A DNA stretch of 63,978 nt, counting the filler, from Octopus bimaculoides (taxonomy: Eukaryota), in the NCBI RefSeq assembly GCF_001194135.2. It is 5 parts of 4 records of this genome, joined end to end, with 100 filler letters (N's around TTAATTAATTAA, not from the genome) between each part and the next. Parts side by side here need not be neighbours in the genome. Positions count along the whole stretch, not along the records: positions 30,313 to 50,247 come from NC_068990.1; positions 50,348 to 58,414 come from NC_068985.1; 3 more parts are not named here. The stretch is one strand, 5' to 3'. Below are positions 40,140 to 50,983 of the stretch, in pieces. The position numbers and the translations under genes are program-made. The notes below the pieces were generated by a model, which saw only the letters and a program-made list of their open reading frames with translations, made no database searches and had not been told where the DNA came from. Numbering within the stretch: position 1 is the first letter of the stretch; the number at the start of each line of letters is the position of its first letter.

Positions 40140-41032
40140 CTGATATATTGTATACTAAGGCTTATTCTTCATTCTTAATATTCATCATAATATATCTTGG
40201 ATAAATTCCATATCGATCAATGAAGCCACCAAAAAAATATCACGAGCCGAGGAAAAAGAATCTTTGGAAGTCTTGTAATGCAGTTAGCTTTGACTGAATA
40301 AATTTCTTTAAACCGCTTACTGAAGTCTTTCTTCTTTAAAAGAAAAAGCATTTCTTTCCGTCGCCATTCTCTTTTCTATATCCATTCTCTTTTTTTTCTT
40401 TCTATCTAAGAAATTCTTTTACACTCTGTTCTTTAGCAAAGTATTTTATCTTCCTAACATTGGCCATCTTCCAAACATCATTCAAGAAAAAAAAAAGATG
40501 TCTTTTTAGTCAACGCTTTTTAACTAGTTTCATGGCACTTTCTCTTGCAACATTTTCCACATATCTTCTTTCTTATACACTTCTATAAATGAGAAAAAAA
40601 AAGTGTCCTGTTCTTTGTGGTTCCTTTTTGACAGCAAAGGGACTGTTTTTGAGTCCATTTTAACCTACAGCAAAAGAAGATTTGCATGACATGTGCTTCA
40701 AAAACTTGTGTAAAAGAAACAGAGAAACAGAATGTAAAACTTCTAGCTTTTTTTTTTAAATTCTATCAACTCTGAAGGGTCACCCAAACCACCACCACCA
40801 CCACTACCACCACCACTACCACCACTACCACCACTACGACCACCACCAACACCAATACCCCTTTCAAAAAGGAAGAATCGTGTATTTAGTAAAAAAGAAA
40901 TATGGACAGTAATTCTTTCATATTAGATAGAATTCATGATATTCTGCTTTTGGAAAGCATGGAAGAAAAGAAAAGTATTGAAAATTGAAACTATTAAAAG
41001 TTTGAGTTAATCAAAGCAATGATTGAAGTTCG

Positions 41033-41119
41033 CTAGATATATAGATATCTAAATATATAGATATCTAAATATATATAGATATATAAATATCTAGATATAT
41101 AGATATATAAATAGATATA
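41033..41119. repeat. AT-rich minisatellite of self-complementary AGATATCT/TAGATATATA units
   Basis: Direct sequence. Confidence 0.7.
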
Positions 41120-41292
41120 TGGAACAAACCGATTCTCTCCATGCATACATACATAGATACGTACATACATATAGATATATTTATATACTTATATATATAT
41201 ATGTGTGTGCGTGTGTGTATGTGTGTGTGTGTGTGTGCGTGTGCGTTTACCAATACGTATATGTATGTACATTAATACATATCTATGTAATA

Positions 41293-41407
<115 letters not shown>

Positions 41408-41704
41408 TTTTATATACAACTTTTCATTCCTACATAACTACAATAATCTTAAGATTTATTGATTATTTAAATTCCACTATTATTTCTGTTTTGATAACTT
41501 TCTCCTTCCTCTGTTTATACTTTATCTAATAAGAATAATATAATACACCTAATAATAATAATAATAAATTATTCTTTTGTATGTATATACATATAAATAT
41601 ATATATATGTGTTTATGTATATTTATGTATATGTATGTATATGTAAACTTGTGTATATTTGTATGTACTTATATTTATAACTTAACCTTATGAACTTTCT
41701 AAAC

Positions 41705-41830
41705 TCTCTGACGAAGCCCAGAGACACACCCAAGTTCCTTTATCTTATCTACCATATACCTCAGTTCACTGAAGGGATGGCAGTAGAGTGTGGTACTATG
41801 GCCTCTTCCTAGAAACAGCTGTAAGATACT
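41705..41830 (+). ncRNA. Degenerate hammerhead-like motif(s)
   Basis: TCT-CTGACGA (41705-41714); second core CTGAAGG (41769-41775); GAAAC-AGCT-GTA-AGA (41812-41826) with palindromic stem III; TCT/AGA could form stem I. Confidence 0.4.
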
Positions 41831-42204
41831 ATACGACTTTCTATGCTCTACGTTACATATTTTAATAATTACTGGTATTTCTATATATTATATATGTAAA
41901 CCATAATATGTTATACATGTATGTATATTATAATTGTTTGTGTAAAAAATAAATAAATAGACAAAATACAATGTCTAAAAGTTGATTAATACCACCTCTT
42001 GATCCCCTCCGTTTTATTATCGTTCTGTCGCTGTTGAGTGGAAAATCCTATGGATAGTGACATTTTCCCTTCAAGGACTGTCTCAGGATGATGTTCATAC
42101 CAGTAAGCATGAGTGTTGATTGTGTAGTGTTTACATATTTTCTAATGTAAATAGTGTCCTGTGACGATTTTAAATTCGTTTGGGGTCAGCACAGGACATC
42201 CCGG

Positions 42205-42400
42205 GATGAGATGGTCAATTGTTTCATTCCGTCCGTCTTTATGTTCTGAATTCAAATTCCGCCGAGGTCGACTTTGAATTTCATCCTTTCGGGGTCGATT
42301 AATTAAGTATAATTGAAACATTGAAGCCGTTGTAGTTGGCTAAAACTCTCCACCACCAGCACCAGACATATTTTAGGCCTTTTGCCTTTATTTATTTAAA
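42205..42400 (+). mobile_element. SINE-1, 5'-degenerate copy
   Basis: GAATTCAAATTCCGCCGAGGTCGACTTTG...TCATCCTTTCGGGGTCGATTAATTAAGTA. Confidence 0.8.
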
Positions 42401-42479
42401 GTATAATAATTCAGTTCCTGGGAATGTTTTTACTTAGCGGAGCCAATCATCTCCTATGTTTAATAAGTGAATAAGTATA

Positions 42480-42870
42480 GACGCAGGAGTGGCTGTGTGG
42501 TAAGTTGCTTGCTTACCAACCACATGGTTCTGGGTTCAGTTCCACTGCATGGCACCTTGGGCAAGTATCTTCTACTATAGCCTCGGGCCGACCAAAGCCT
42601 TGTGGGTGGATTTGGTAGACGGAAACTGAAAGAAGTCCATCGTATATATATGTGTGTGATTGTGTCTTTGTTTGTCCCCACACCTACTATCGCTTGACAA
42701 ACGATGTTGGTGTGTTTCTGTCCATGTAACTTAGCGGTTCGGCAAAAAGACAACCGATAGAATACGCACTAGGCTTACAAAGAATAAGTCCTGGGGTCGA
42801 TTTGCTCGGCTAAAAGGCGGTTCTCCAGCATCACCGCAGTCAAATGACTGAAACAAGTAAAAGAAGAAAA
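42480..42870 (+). mobile_element. SINE-2 full-length, gap-free reference copy (~390 bp)
   Basis: tRNA-like head GGAGTGGCTGTGTGGTAAG...GGGTTCAGTTCC, CACCTTGGGCAAGTATCTTC, short (TA)(TG) core, middle, tail GGCGGTTCTCCAGCATCACCGCAGTCAAATGACTGAAACAAGTAAAAGA. Confidence 0.9.
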
Positions 42871-43769
42871 GAACAAGTACAAAATTATATGTATTTATTT
42901 GTCGCATGTACACGATGCGTAAACAAAACAATGAAAGAAAGAAAGAAAGAAAAAAGAAAGAAAGAAAGAAAGGAAAAAGAAAGAAAGAAAGAAAGAACGA
43001 AAGAAAGAAAGAAAGGAGTGAAAGGGTAATTGTAGCAGCTGCAAATTGCTACAACACTTCGAAAATACTTAGCATTGTATAAGAAACATATAAAGTAAGT
43101 TTACGACAATGGGTTTACAAAAGTGAAACATATGTATTACATGATAAGTTTAAAACAGCTAGAACAATGCCATTTGTATACAAACAAAACGTGCTACACA
43201 TTTCACGGGAATTCAACGTGGAACAGATTTCAGTACTATATTAAAAATAAAAAAAAATTCACAGACACGCAGAGATATATAAGTATACTGGCACATACAC
43301 ATACAAAAAAAAAAAAAAGAAAGGGAAAAGAGAAAAAGGAGAAATAATATGATTTGTGAAATGACCACCCACTAGCCAAGACAAAAAGAATTACGAATCA
43401 CCAACATATCAGAAAGAATGGTGCATTATAAGTTACACCCTGAGAGCGAGAGGAGACGTAAAGAGAATATAATGCAGGAGCGATGTGACAAACGTTACTC
43501 TATTATGCTTTGTATTATGTTAGTAAAATGGGGTGAAAAGGTATGTATACCACTCATAGTTGCGCTCGTATTGATGTAGAGAAACATGTATTATACACGT
43601 ATTTATGAACGTGTGTATGTATGTATGCATGTATGTATGTATGTGTGTATGTATGTATGTATGTGTGTATATAGAAGCACACACGTATTAATTTATATAT
43701 GTTTTTATTGTTATATATTTATTGTTATAAATGTGTATGTATATCGACATCTATCTATCTATCTATTTA

Positions 43770-43859
<90 letters not shown>

Positions 43860-43923
43860 AGATAGATAGATAGATAGATAGATAGAAAGATATGTATACG
43901 TGAATTTGTATATATAATCGTAA

Positions 43924-43959
<36 letters not shown>

Positions 43960-44142
43960 TCATTTATATATCTATACATAGGATTGTGTTTATTTACGAG
44001 TAGATACATGTTTTTAAGTATAGTTTACTGTCACTAATATATACAGAGATAGCAAGAGAGAAGATACATACATACATACAGACAGACATGCATAAATGTA
44101 TATATATATATCGATATATATGTGCGTGTGTGTGAGTGTGTG

Positions 44143-44198
<56 letters not shown>

Positions 44199-44199
44199 T

Positions 44200-44350
44200 G
44201 TGTCTGTCACACCACCGCTTGACAAAAGGGACCTATAAAATAGGTACCACTTGATAGAAAATATGTTTGTTCATTCAACTAAAAATTCTTCAATGCGGTG
44301 CCCCAGCATGGCAGCAGTCAAATAACTGAAACAACCAAAAGATAAAAGAT
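44200..44350 (+). mobile_element. SINE-2 3' portion, internally deleted
   Basis: GCGGTGCCCCAGCATGGCAGCAGTCAAATAACTGAAAC after (TG)n. Confidence 0.8.
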
Positions 44351-44366
44351 AACATATTATTTGTGT

Positions 44367-44525
44367 TAAGGCGGCGAGCTGGCAGAGACGTCAGCACGCC
44401 GATTAAGATACGTAGCAGTATTTTCGCCAGTTTTTACGTTCCGAGTTCAAATTCCGCCACAGTCAACTTTGCCTTTCATCCATTCGTGGTCAATAAAACA
44501 AGCGCCAATTGAAAATTGGAGTCGA
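44367..44525 (+). mobile_element. SINE-1 copy
   Basis: AAGGCGGCGAGCTGGCAGAGACG...CCGAGTTCAAATTCCGCC...TTTGCCTTTCATCC. Confidence 0.85.
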
Positions 44526-44577
44526 CGTATTCTACCGACACCACTTCCCTCTTGTGGCAAAATATTAAACCGAAATA

Positions 44578-44670
44578 TTATTCTTTTACTTGTTTCAGTC
44601 ATTTGACTGCAACCATGCTGGAGCACCGCCTGGTAATTATTCTATCGGTTACTTTTGCCGAACCGCATGG
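44578..44670 (-). mobile_element. SINE-2 tail fragment with internal deletion
   Basis: TTTCAGTCATTTGACTGCAACCATGCTGGAGCACCGCC joined to TTATTCTATCGGTTACTTTTGCCGAACCGC. Confidence 0.85.
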
Positions 44671-44689
44671 TTACTCTGAAACCTTGTTG

Positions 44690-44979
44690 CTATCTTCTTC
44701 TTCTTCTTCACTTCGTCGTCGTCCTCGTCCACCTCCTCCTCCTCCTCCTCCTTCTTCTTTCCCTTCTTCTTCGTCTCTTCGTCGTCGTCGTCCTCCCCCT
44801 TCTTCTTCTACTTCTTCTTCTTCGTCGACATAGTCGCCGTTCTGTTCCTCCTCCTTCTTCCCCTTTTTCTTCCTCTTCGTCGTCGTCCTCCTCCACTTCC
44901 CCTTCCCCTCCTACTCCCTCTTCTTCTTCTTCTTCTTCTTCTTCTTCTTCTTCTTCTTCTTCTTCTTCTTCTTTTTCTT

Positions 44980-45010
<31 letters not shown>

Positions 45011-45060
45011 TTATTATTATTATTATTATTATTGTTTCTATCATTATTATTGTTATTATA
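44690..45060. repeat. Compound trinucleotide array (CTT/CGT/CCT/ATT)
   Basis: Direct sequence. Confidence 0.9.
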
Positions 45061-45378
45061 AACACTATTCACCACTTCTTCCTTTATAACAATGTTCGTT
45101 CTTGAAATTCTTGTAATATGACAATAAAAGGAAATAAAAACATATTGAATTGAATTCAAAATATCAGTCATACAACACATTTCACATGCATTCTTATAAA
45201 GAAATAATCCCTTGTTATCAATACAATCGATATGAGAAAGTTTTATACACTATAAGAATGATTCGTCTCCATACAGGCGTCTCCGTGCATGTCTGCGCGT
45301 ACACTGAACCGGTGACAGGTGTATATAACGTTTGTTCCTGCCTTTATATGGAGGTGTACATATATACATGTATGTATG

Positions 45379-45419
<41 letters not shown>

Positions 45420-45701
45420 NNNNNNNNNNNNNNNNNNNNNNNNNNNNNNNNNNNNNNNNNNNNNNNNNNNNNNNNNNNNNNNNNNNNNNNNNNNNNNNNN
45501 NNNNNNNNNNNNNNNNNNNNNNNNNNNNNNNNNNNNNNNNNNNNNNNNNNNNNNNNNNNNNNNNNNNNNNNNNNNNNNNNNNNNNNNNNNNNNNNNNNNN
45601 NNNNNTTAATTAATATCGATTTATTACCAGGAAGCTAGCACATTTAAAGAATTAGAGAGATTCAGAAAAATATCTGAGATCTTAGGGGATTAAAGTATAT
45701 T

Positions 45702-45799
45702 TTTATATATAACGTTGACTACTAAAGTGGACAATTTAGGTCTTAGTAGACACGTGGTCTATTACTAGCACATTAAATGTCCACTTTAGTGGTCAACGG

Positions 45800-45809
<10 letters not shown>
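45702..45809. mobile_element. ~108-bp TA-flanked foldback (MITE-like)
   Basis: 32-bp arms 45702-45733 / 45778-45809 with 1 mismatch and 1 G-T pair, plus an inner stem TAGTA-GAC...GTC-TAT-TACTA. Confidence 0.7.
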
Positions 45810-45848
<39 letters not shown>

Positions 45849-45889
45849 TATATATATATATATTCCTTTTTATGTATACATATGTTATT

Positions 45890-46146
45890 ATTTTAGTTTC
45901 AGCTCAGAGCTGTGGCCATGCTGGGGCACCGCCCTTTTGCTACACTGTTATTAGTTAGAGCCTCCTCTAAAAGGTGGCATTTGGTGAATCAGGGACTTTG
46001 ATTTTGCTACCCTCATTTGCATCTCTTGCCGCGAGGTAGGTTCATTTTGGACTATCGACACGAGGAGTTCCAGTTTTCATTTGAAAACATTTACATCCAC
46101 TTTGTGTTGGTCTCTCAGGCTCTTTGGGAGAATATTAAAAAGCCGG
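45890..46146 (-). mobile_element. CR1-like LINE 3' terminus (ORF end plus short 3' UTR)
   Basis: RLFNILPKSLRDQHKVDVNVFK*KLELLVSIVQNEPTSRQEMQMRVAKSKSLIHQMPPFRGGSN*, then GGCGGTGCCCCAGCATGGCCACAGCTCTGAGCTGAAACTAAAA. Starts at the motif where the 22735-23345 fragment ends. Confidence 0.85.
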
Positions 46147-46170
46147 AATCGGCCGAGGGAACGGTCCTCA

Positions 46171-46208
46171 TTGAAGAGGCGACCGAAATAGCCGAAACTG
46201 AACGTTCA
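46171..46208 (+). ncRNA. Degenerate hammerhead-like motif
   Basis: TTGAAGA-GGC-GACCGAAATA-GCC-GAAAC-TGAACGTTCA (perfect 10-nt palindrome). Confidence 0.35.
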
Positions 46209-46521
46209 AGATAATGAATTTTTGATCGGTGGTATTAGCCAATTACAGTCCCTGTTCGCATATATATATATATATACAATTATAAGCGTCTCCTACAGCA
46301 TTAAAGCATTTTCGCTCTTATTTCTAGCAATGTAGGTTCTCTGACACCCTTCGTCGTATTTAGTCCTATATGTATGTATATATACATGTGTGTGTGTGTG
46401 TGTATACATACATATACATGTACATACACATACATATATATATACATTTCTATATGTGGATGCTTGTACGAATACACGTAAGTATATATATGTGTATGTA
46501 TGTAGGTTTGAGTATGTGTGG

Positions 46522-46566
<45 letters not shown>

Positions 46567-47877
46567 TGTAATATATCAATAGAAGCATATATAATTTGGC
46601 GGGGGAGCAAGAAATCTCGAAGCAGATAAACTTATTAATAACGACGTATAAATGTATAAAAGACGCCGTATGCTATCTGTGGAATGGAAGCCCACGTGCC
46701 CTGTGAACGTGGCAAGCCTTCTCCCATGGACGAAAGCAATCTTTCAAATTCACCTATATTGTTATGGCGTCTACATCATATACTTATATCGAAAGTCAAC
46801 AATTATATTCTACTAAATTTAGATGTATTGTTAGAGCCGAATACTGCAGTATTAGACTTGAGCGGTCCTTTTATTGAAAAATAAATATTAGCAACGGAAG
46901 TAGTATTATTACTGAGAGACAATCTTTATATGCTAATAAACATGGGTGCATATTATTAGAGCTTCGAATTCTGTTGTATTCGACTTGAGAGGTCCTTTCA
47001 TATAGACGTGCAGCTATTTCCAACATCAGTTTAGAAATAGGAATCGTTTTAATCCCTTTGATTTCTTTACTGACATTTATATACTATGATAGTAACCTTG
47101 CTGTATGTATGGTATACTTGTTAGTCCATAATATTTAAAGTGCTTTTATTTGCTAGTTCTGGAAGTTGTATTCTTCGTACATAATCTTTATGTTGAATAC
47201 AGAATTTCACATGTCAACGTCTTTCGTTGCTTGATGTTTCAACTTGCTTTCCGATAAAACAGGAAAGCTGTAAGCATATTTCGATAGGTAAAAAAGGAAC
47301 TAAGATAAACATGGAGTGGCTTACGTAGATAGATACATAAGTGTCACGTTGTTGTGTGTTTATCAGAAGCTTATGTCAGAAACCTGAGTGAGTAAATCTG
47401 TGTGAAATTACATTTAAGTATAGCGAAAAATGAGAAAGAATGAGATAGAAAATGTATGAGCAATCATTCATAACAAAGGATGGATCAAACCAGATCCTTT
47501 CCCTGTCTTCGTAGATGTCATTTACTACGAATTAAATGGGCTTTCTCAAAGTAAACGAGCCCCTCATTGAAACTTATACTACGTAATACGTAGTTATATT
47601 CAATGGCCTTACAAAAGAATTTCCGACCCAAGATAAATGGGATTTTCACCACTGAATCACATGAAACATTCGATTCGTGAAATTTAAGCCATACGAGTTA
47701 TGAGGAGTAATCATTCTCGTTATTGACACCATGGCCTAGAACTGCGTTGCACTGAGAGAATCGTTACTTCGCCGGACAAAATACTTATTCATAGTCAAGT
47801 GCTAGTTATTGCATGGCAATCTCGCAATTGAGCATTATATATGGGCAGGGGTTAAAGAATGATTTATCCATGGTTTG

Positions 47878-47944
47878 TACGGCAGATAAGAAAACAGAGA
47901 GGATCTGTCGATTCTGTATCCTCTCCGTTTTCTTATCTGCCGTA
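47878..47944. other. 67-nt near-perfect hairpin (27-bp stem, 13-nt loop), TA at both ends
   Basis: 47878-47904 pairs with 47918-47944; only mismatch is A47896:C47926. Confidence 0.9.
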
Positions 47945-48469
47945 TATACTATATATATATATATAATGTGCGAGTGTGAGTGCGTGCGTGTGTGTGTGTG
48001 CGTGTGTGCATGCGTGTCTGAGTCTGCATGGCTTTGTACGTGTATGCGTAAATGATGAATGCACACGTTACAACAAATATATCATGATGAATACTTTATC
48101 AGAAAGCCAAATGAAAACAGAAAAGAAGGCCAAATAATAAAAATGGAATTAATTTGAAATAAAAGTAAAAGAACGAACTGCTTGCAGCAGTTATGGTATT
48201 GTATTGTATTTTATTGTGTTCAAATAAAATTCTTCTTCGTCACGAAATAATAGAATACAAGTGTTAATGGTGAGTGTGAAAGGCAAAAAGGCCTACGTTC
48301 GGTCCTATAGAAAATAGAAATGCAACACACTTTATTTAGAAAGAATTTACACAATACCAATAAAAGACGCCGCTTGCCTTGTTGAAGATTAGAAGTGTAT
48401 TATATTTCTGCAAACGTTGTTTCTTAGCACACACACACACATATCTCTGCCACTCTGTCTCCCTCCGTA

Positions 48470-48512
<43 letters not shown>

Positions 48513-49392
48513 NNNNNNNNNNNNNNNNNNNNNNNNNNNNNNNNNNNNNNNNNNNNNNNNNNNNNNNNNNNNNNNNNNNNNNNNNNNNNNNNNNNNNNNN
48601 NNNNNNNNNNNNNNNNNNNNNNNNNNNNNNNNNNNNNNNNNNNNNNNNNNNNNNNNNNNNNNNNNNNNTATATGTATGTATGTATGTCCATCTCTTTCTC
48701 ACTCTCTCTCGCTTTCTCACTCTCACACAGCATATATATATATATATATATATATATCGAAACGCCGGTGTTTTAATGGTGGCAGCTGATGAAGGATATG
48801 TTCTCTATGTGGCCTGCTTGTTTGTTGTACCTTGTTTATCATTTTGTCCATATTCTTTTGCAACGTCATGTACCCAGATATGTAACAATATGTACATGTA
48901 TAGTTACCGCAGGTCAGCTCTTGCAATCGTCTATTGCAGACCTGTAAATCGGATTATATGCAATGTTGCCGGGAAACATCGAGTTCAATATGTAAGTGCG
49001 CCGTGCTGGTATTATATATAATATATAGTCCTTTATTTCAACTGTTTTGAGGTCAACTTCTTTCGGTGTTACAGACGTGGTTTCAATTCTGTGATCGGAA
49101 ATGGGGTCATTCGCTCGTGTTGGCTTTTGCACACGTAAAACTCCTATCTCATTCACGATGTTATTGTTAAAATCAATTTTTGACAGTTCTCCGATAAATA
49201 AGTTGTATTTTAAGGTATCTACCAACCAGAATCACTCGACAGGTTTCCAGCCATAACTCTGTGATGCCCTCTCCACTATTCACCCTTGCACAGACTAACC
49301 ATAAAGGAGATAATGTCAGAGAGTAAAAAGGAGAAATAGAATAAATGTTAAAAACAGCTTTATTTAAGGCTTCCTCACTCTTAGAGATGTTT

Positions 49393-49669
49393 GTCTAGGG
49401 CATTGGGACTCAACTGAGGTCCATAAGCTTTTGCGGTCCATACGGCCCCGGGAGTCCTTATAAACTTTTGTTAAAATTTATATGCAATATACTAGTTATG
49501 CATTTACAATACACAACGTTATTTAATATTTATATAATTCCTAATAATATTTCCTTATAAAAATATAATATGATTTTGAAAATATCGAGTGACTGGATGG
49601 GTCCCTTTGAGCAAAAACGGAATGAAAGTGGTCCATACGTAAAAACGATTGAGAAACACTAGTCTAGAG
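49393..49669. mobile_element. hAT-type MITE (49401-49661) with 8-bp TSD
   Basis: Degenerate TIRs CATTGGGACTCAAC / GATTGAGAAACACTA (cf. CAGTGGTTCTCAAC); TSD GTCTAGGG / GTCTAGAG (7/8). Confidence 0.7.
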
Positions 49670-50247
49670 AGACTGAAAAAGATACCTCTACACCAGCCTA
49701 GTATATTGGGGGAAACAGGAACATGATTCCCTGTAAAATTTACACATATTTATTCATCGCTATTTTTTTTTATTACTACTATTTTTACGGTTGAATGATA
49801 ATTCCGCAACTTTCCCTTATTTAACTGTCTCATTTCACAATTTTTCTCAACACGTCTCCACAACACACGAACACAAACACCGACACAAAAACACACAAAC
49901 ATACGCATACACGCTCATAAACCTATATGTATTCACATGTATGTACAAGTGTACACATATATGCACACATAACTGCATGCGCACGTATATATTGTTTATT
50001 TAAATAACGTTTTTTCTTTTAAATTATCAGATTTTAGCAATTCTTTTCCTCCGAAAATGTAAAATTTTTTATTACATGCAATTGTACATTTTATAACTAT
50101 TATTATTTTTGTTTTCATTTAAATAATTATTACATGAAAATTAAGTGTCAAAAATTCCATGCAATACAGCTTCCTAAAAAATGTTAAAGTACCACATAAC
50201 TATACACCCACACACACAGAGGTGTATATATATATATATATATATAT

Positions 50248-50347
50248 NNNNNNNNNNNNNNNNNNNNNNNNNNNNNNNNNNNNNNNNNNNNTTAATTAAT
50301 TAANNNNNNNNNNNNNNNNNNNNNNNNNNNNNNNNNNNNNNNNNNNN
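50248..50347. other. Artificial scaffold join with TTAATTAATTAA linker
   Basis: 44 N + linker + 44 N. Confidence 0.9.
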
Positions 50348-50434
50348 TATATATATATATGTGCGTGAGTGTGTGTGTGTGTGTGCGTGCGTGCATGTAG
50401 ATGTGTGTATGTAGATGTATGTTCATGTATGTCT

Positions 50435-50468
<34 letters not shown>

Positions 50469-50774
50469 TCTGTATATCTATATGCGTTTGTAAACGTAAA
50501 TGTGTAGGTATCCTTATGTATATGTATGTATGTATGTATGTATTATGTATGTATGTATGTATGTATATACATGTATATCTACGTGTAAGCAAACGCATAT
50601 GTGTCTGTGTGTATGTATATGTATGTGTCTATGTCTGAGAATGTGTGTGTGTGCATTAACCGAAAGTAATTAGAAGGCGGAGATATATAATTACGTAATA
50701 AAGACTTAATCCCTGCGTGTATATATGAATTCATATATATGTAAGTATGAGTATGTATGTAAGTACATGCCTTA

Positions 50775-50922
50775 TATGATTCAGTCATTAGACTGCGGCC
50801 ATCCTGGTGGCTTACTACTTATTCTATCTGAGTCTTTTGCCGAACTGCCTAGTTACATGAACGTAAACACACCAACACCGGTGGTCAGGCGGTGACGGGG
50901 AACAAACATTGACACAAAAATT

Positions 50923-50973
<51 letters not shown>

Positions 50974-50983
50974 GCGCACACAC
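50775..50983 (-). mobile_element. SINE-2 3' half, deleted, running into (CGCA)n and a gap
   Basis: TTCAGTCATTAGACTGCGGCCATCCTGG...TTTTGCCGAAC...ACACACCAACACCGG. Confidence 0.8.

Noticed and set aside
47576-47598. Short perfect palindromes such as ACTACGTA-A-TACGTAGT, CACATGT-AGA-ACATGTG (~29348) and GTCACGTGAC (~37710)
   Set aside because: 7-8-bp stems are expected by chance at this length and composition.
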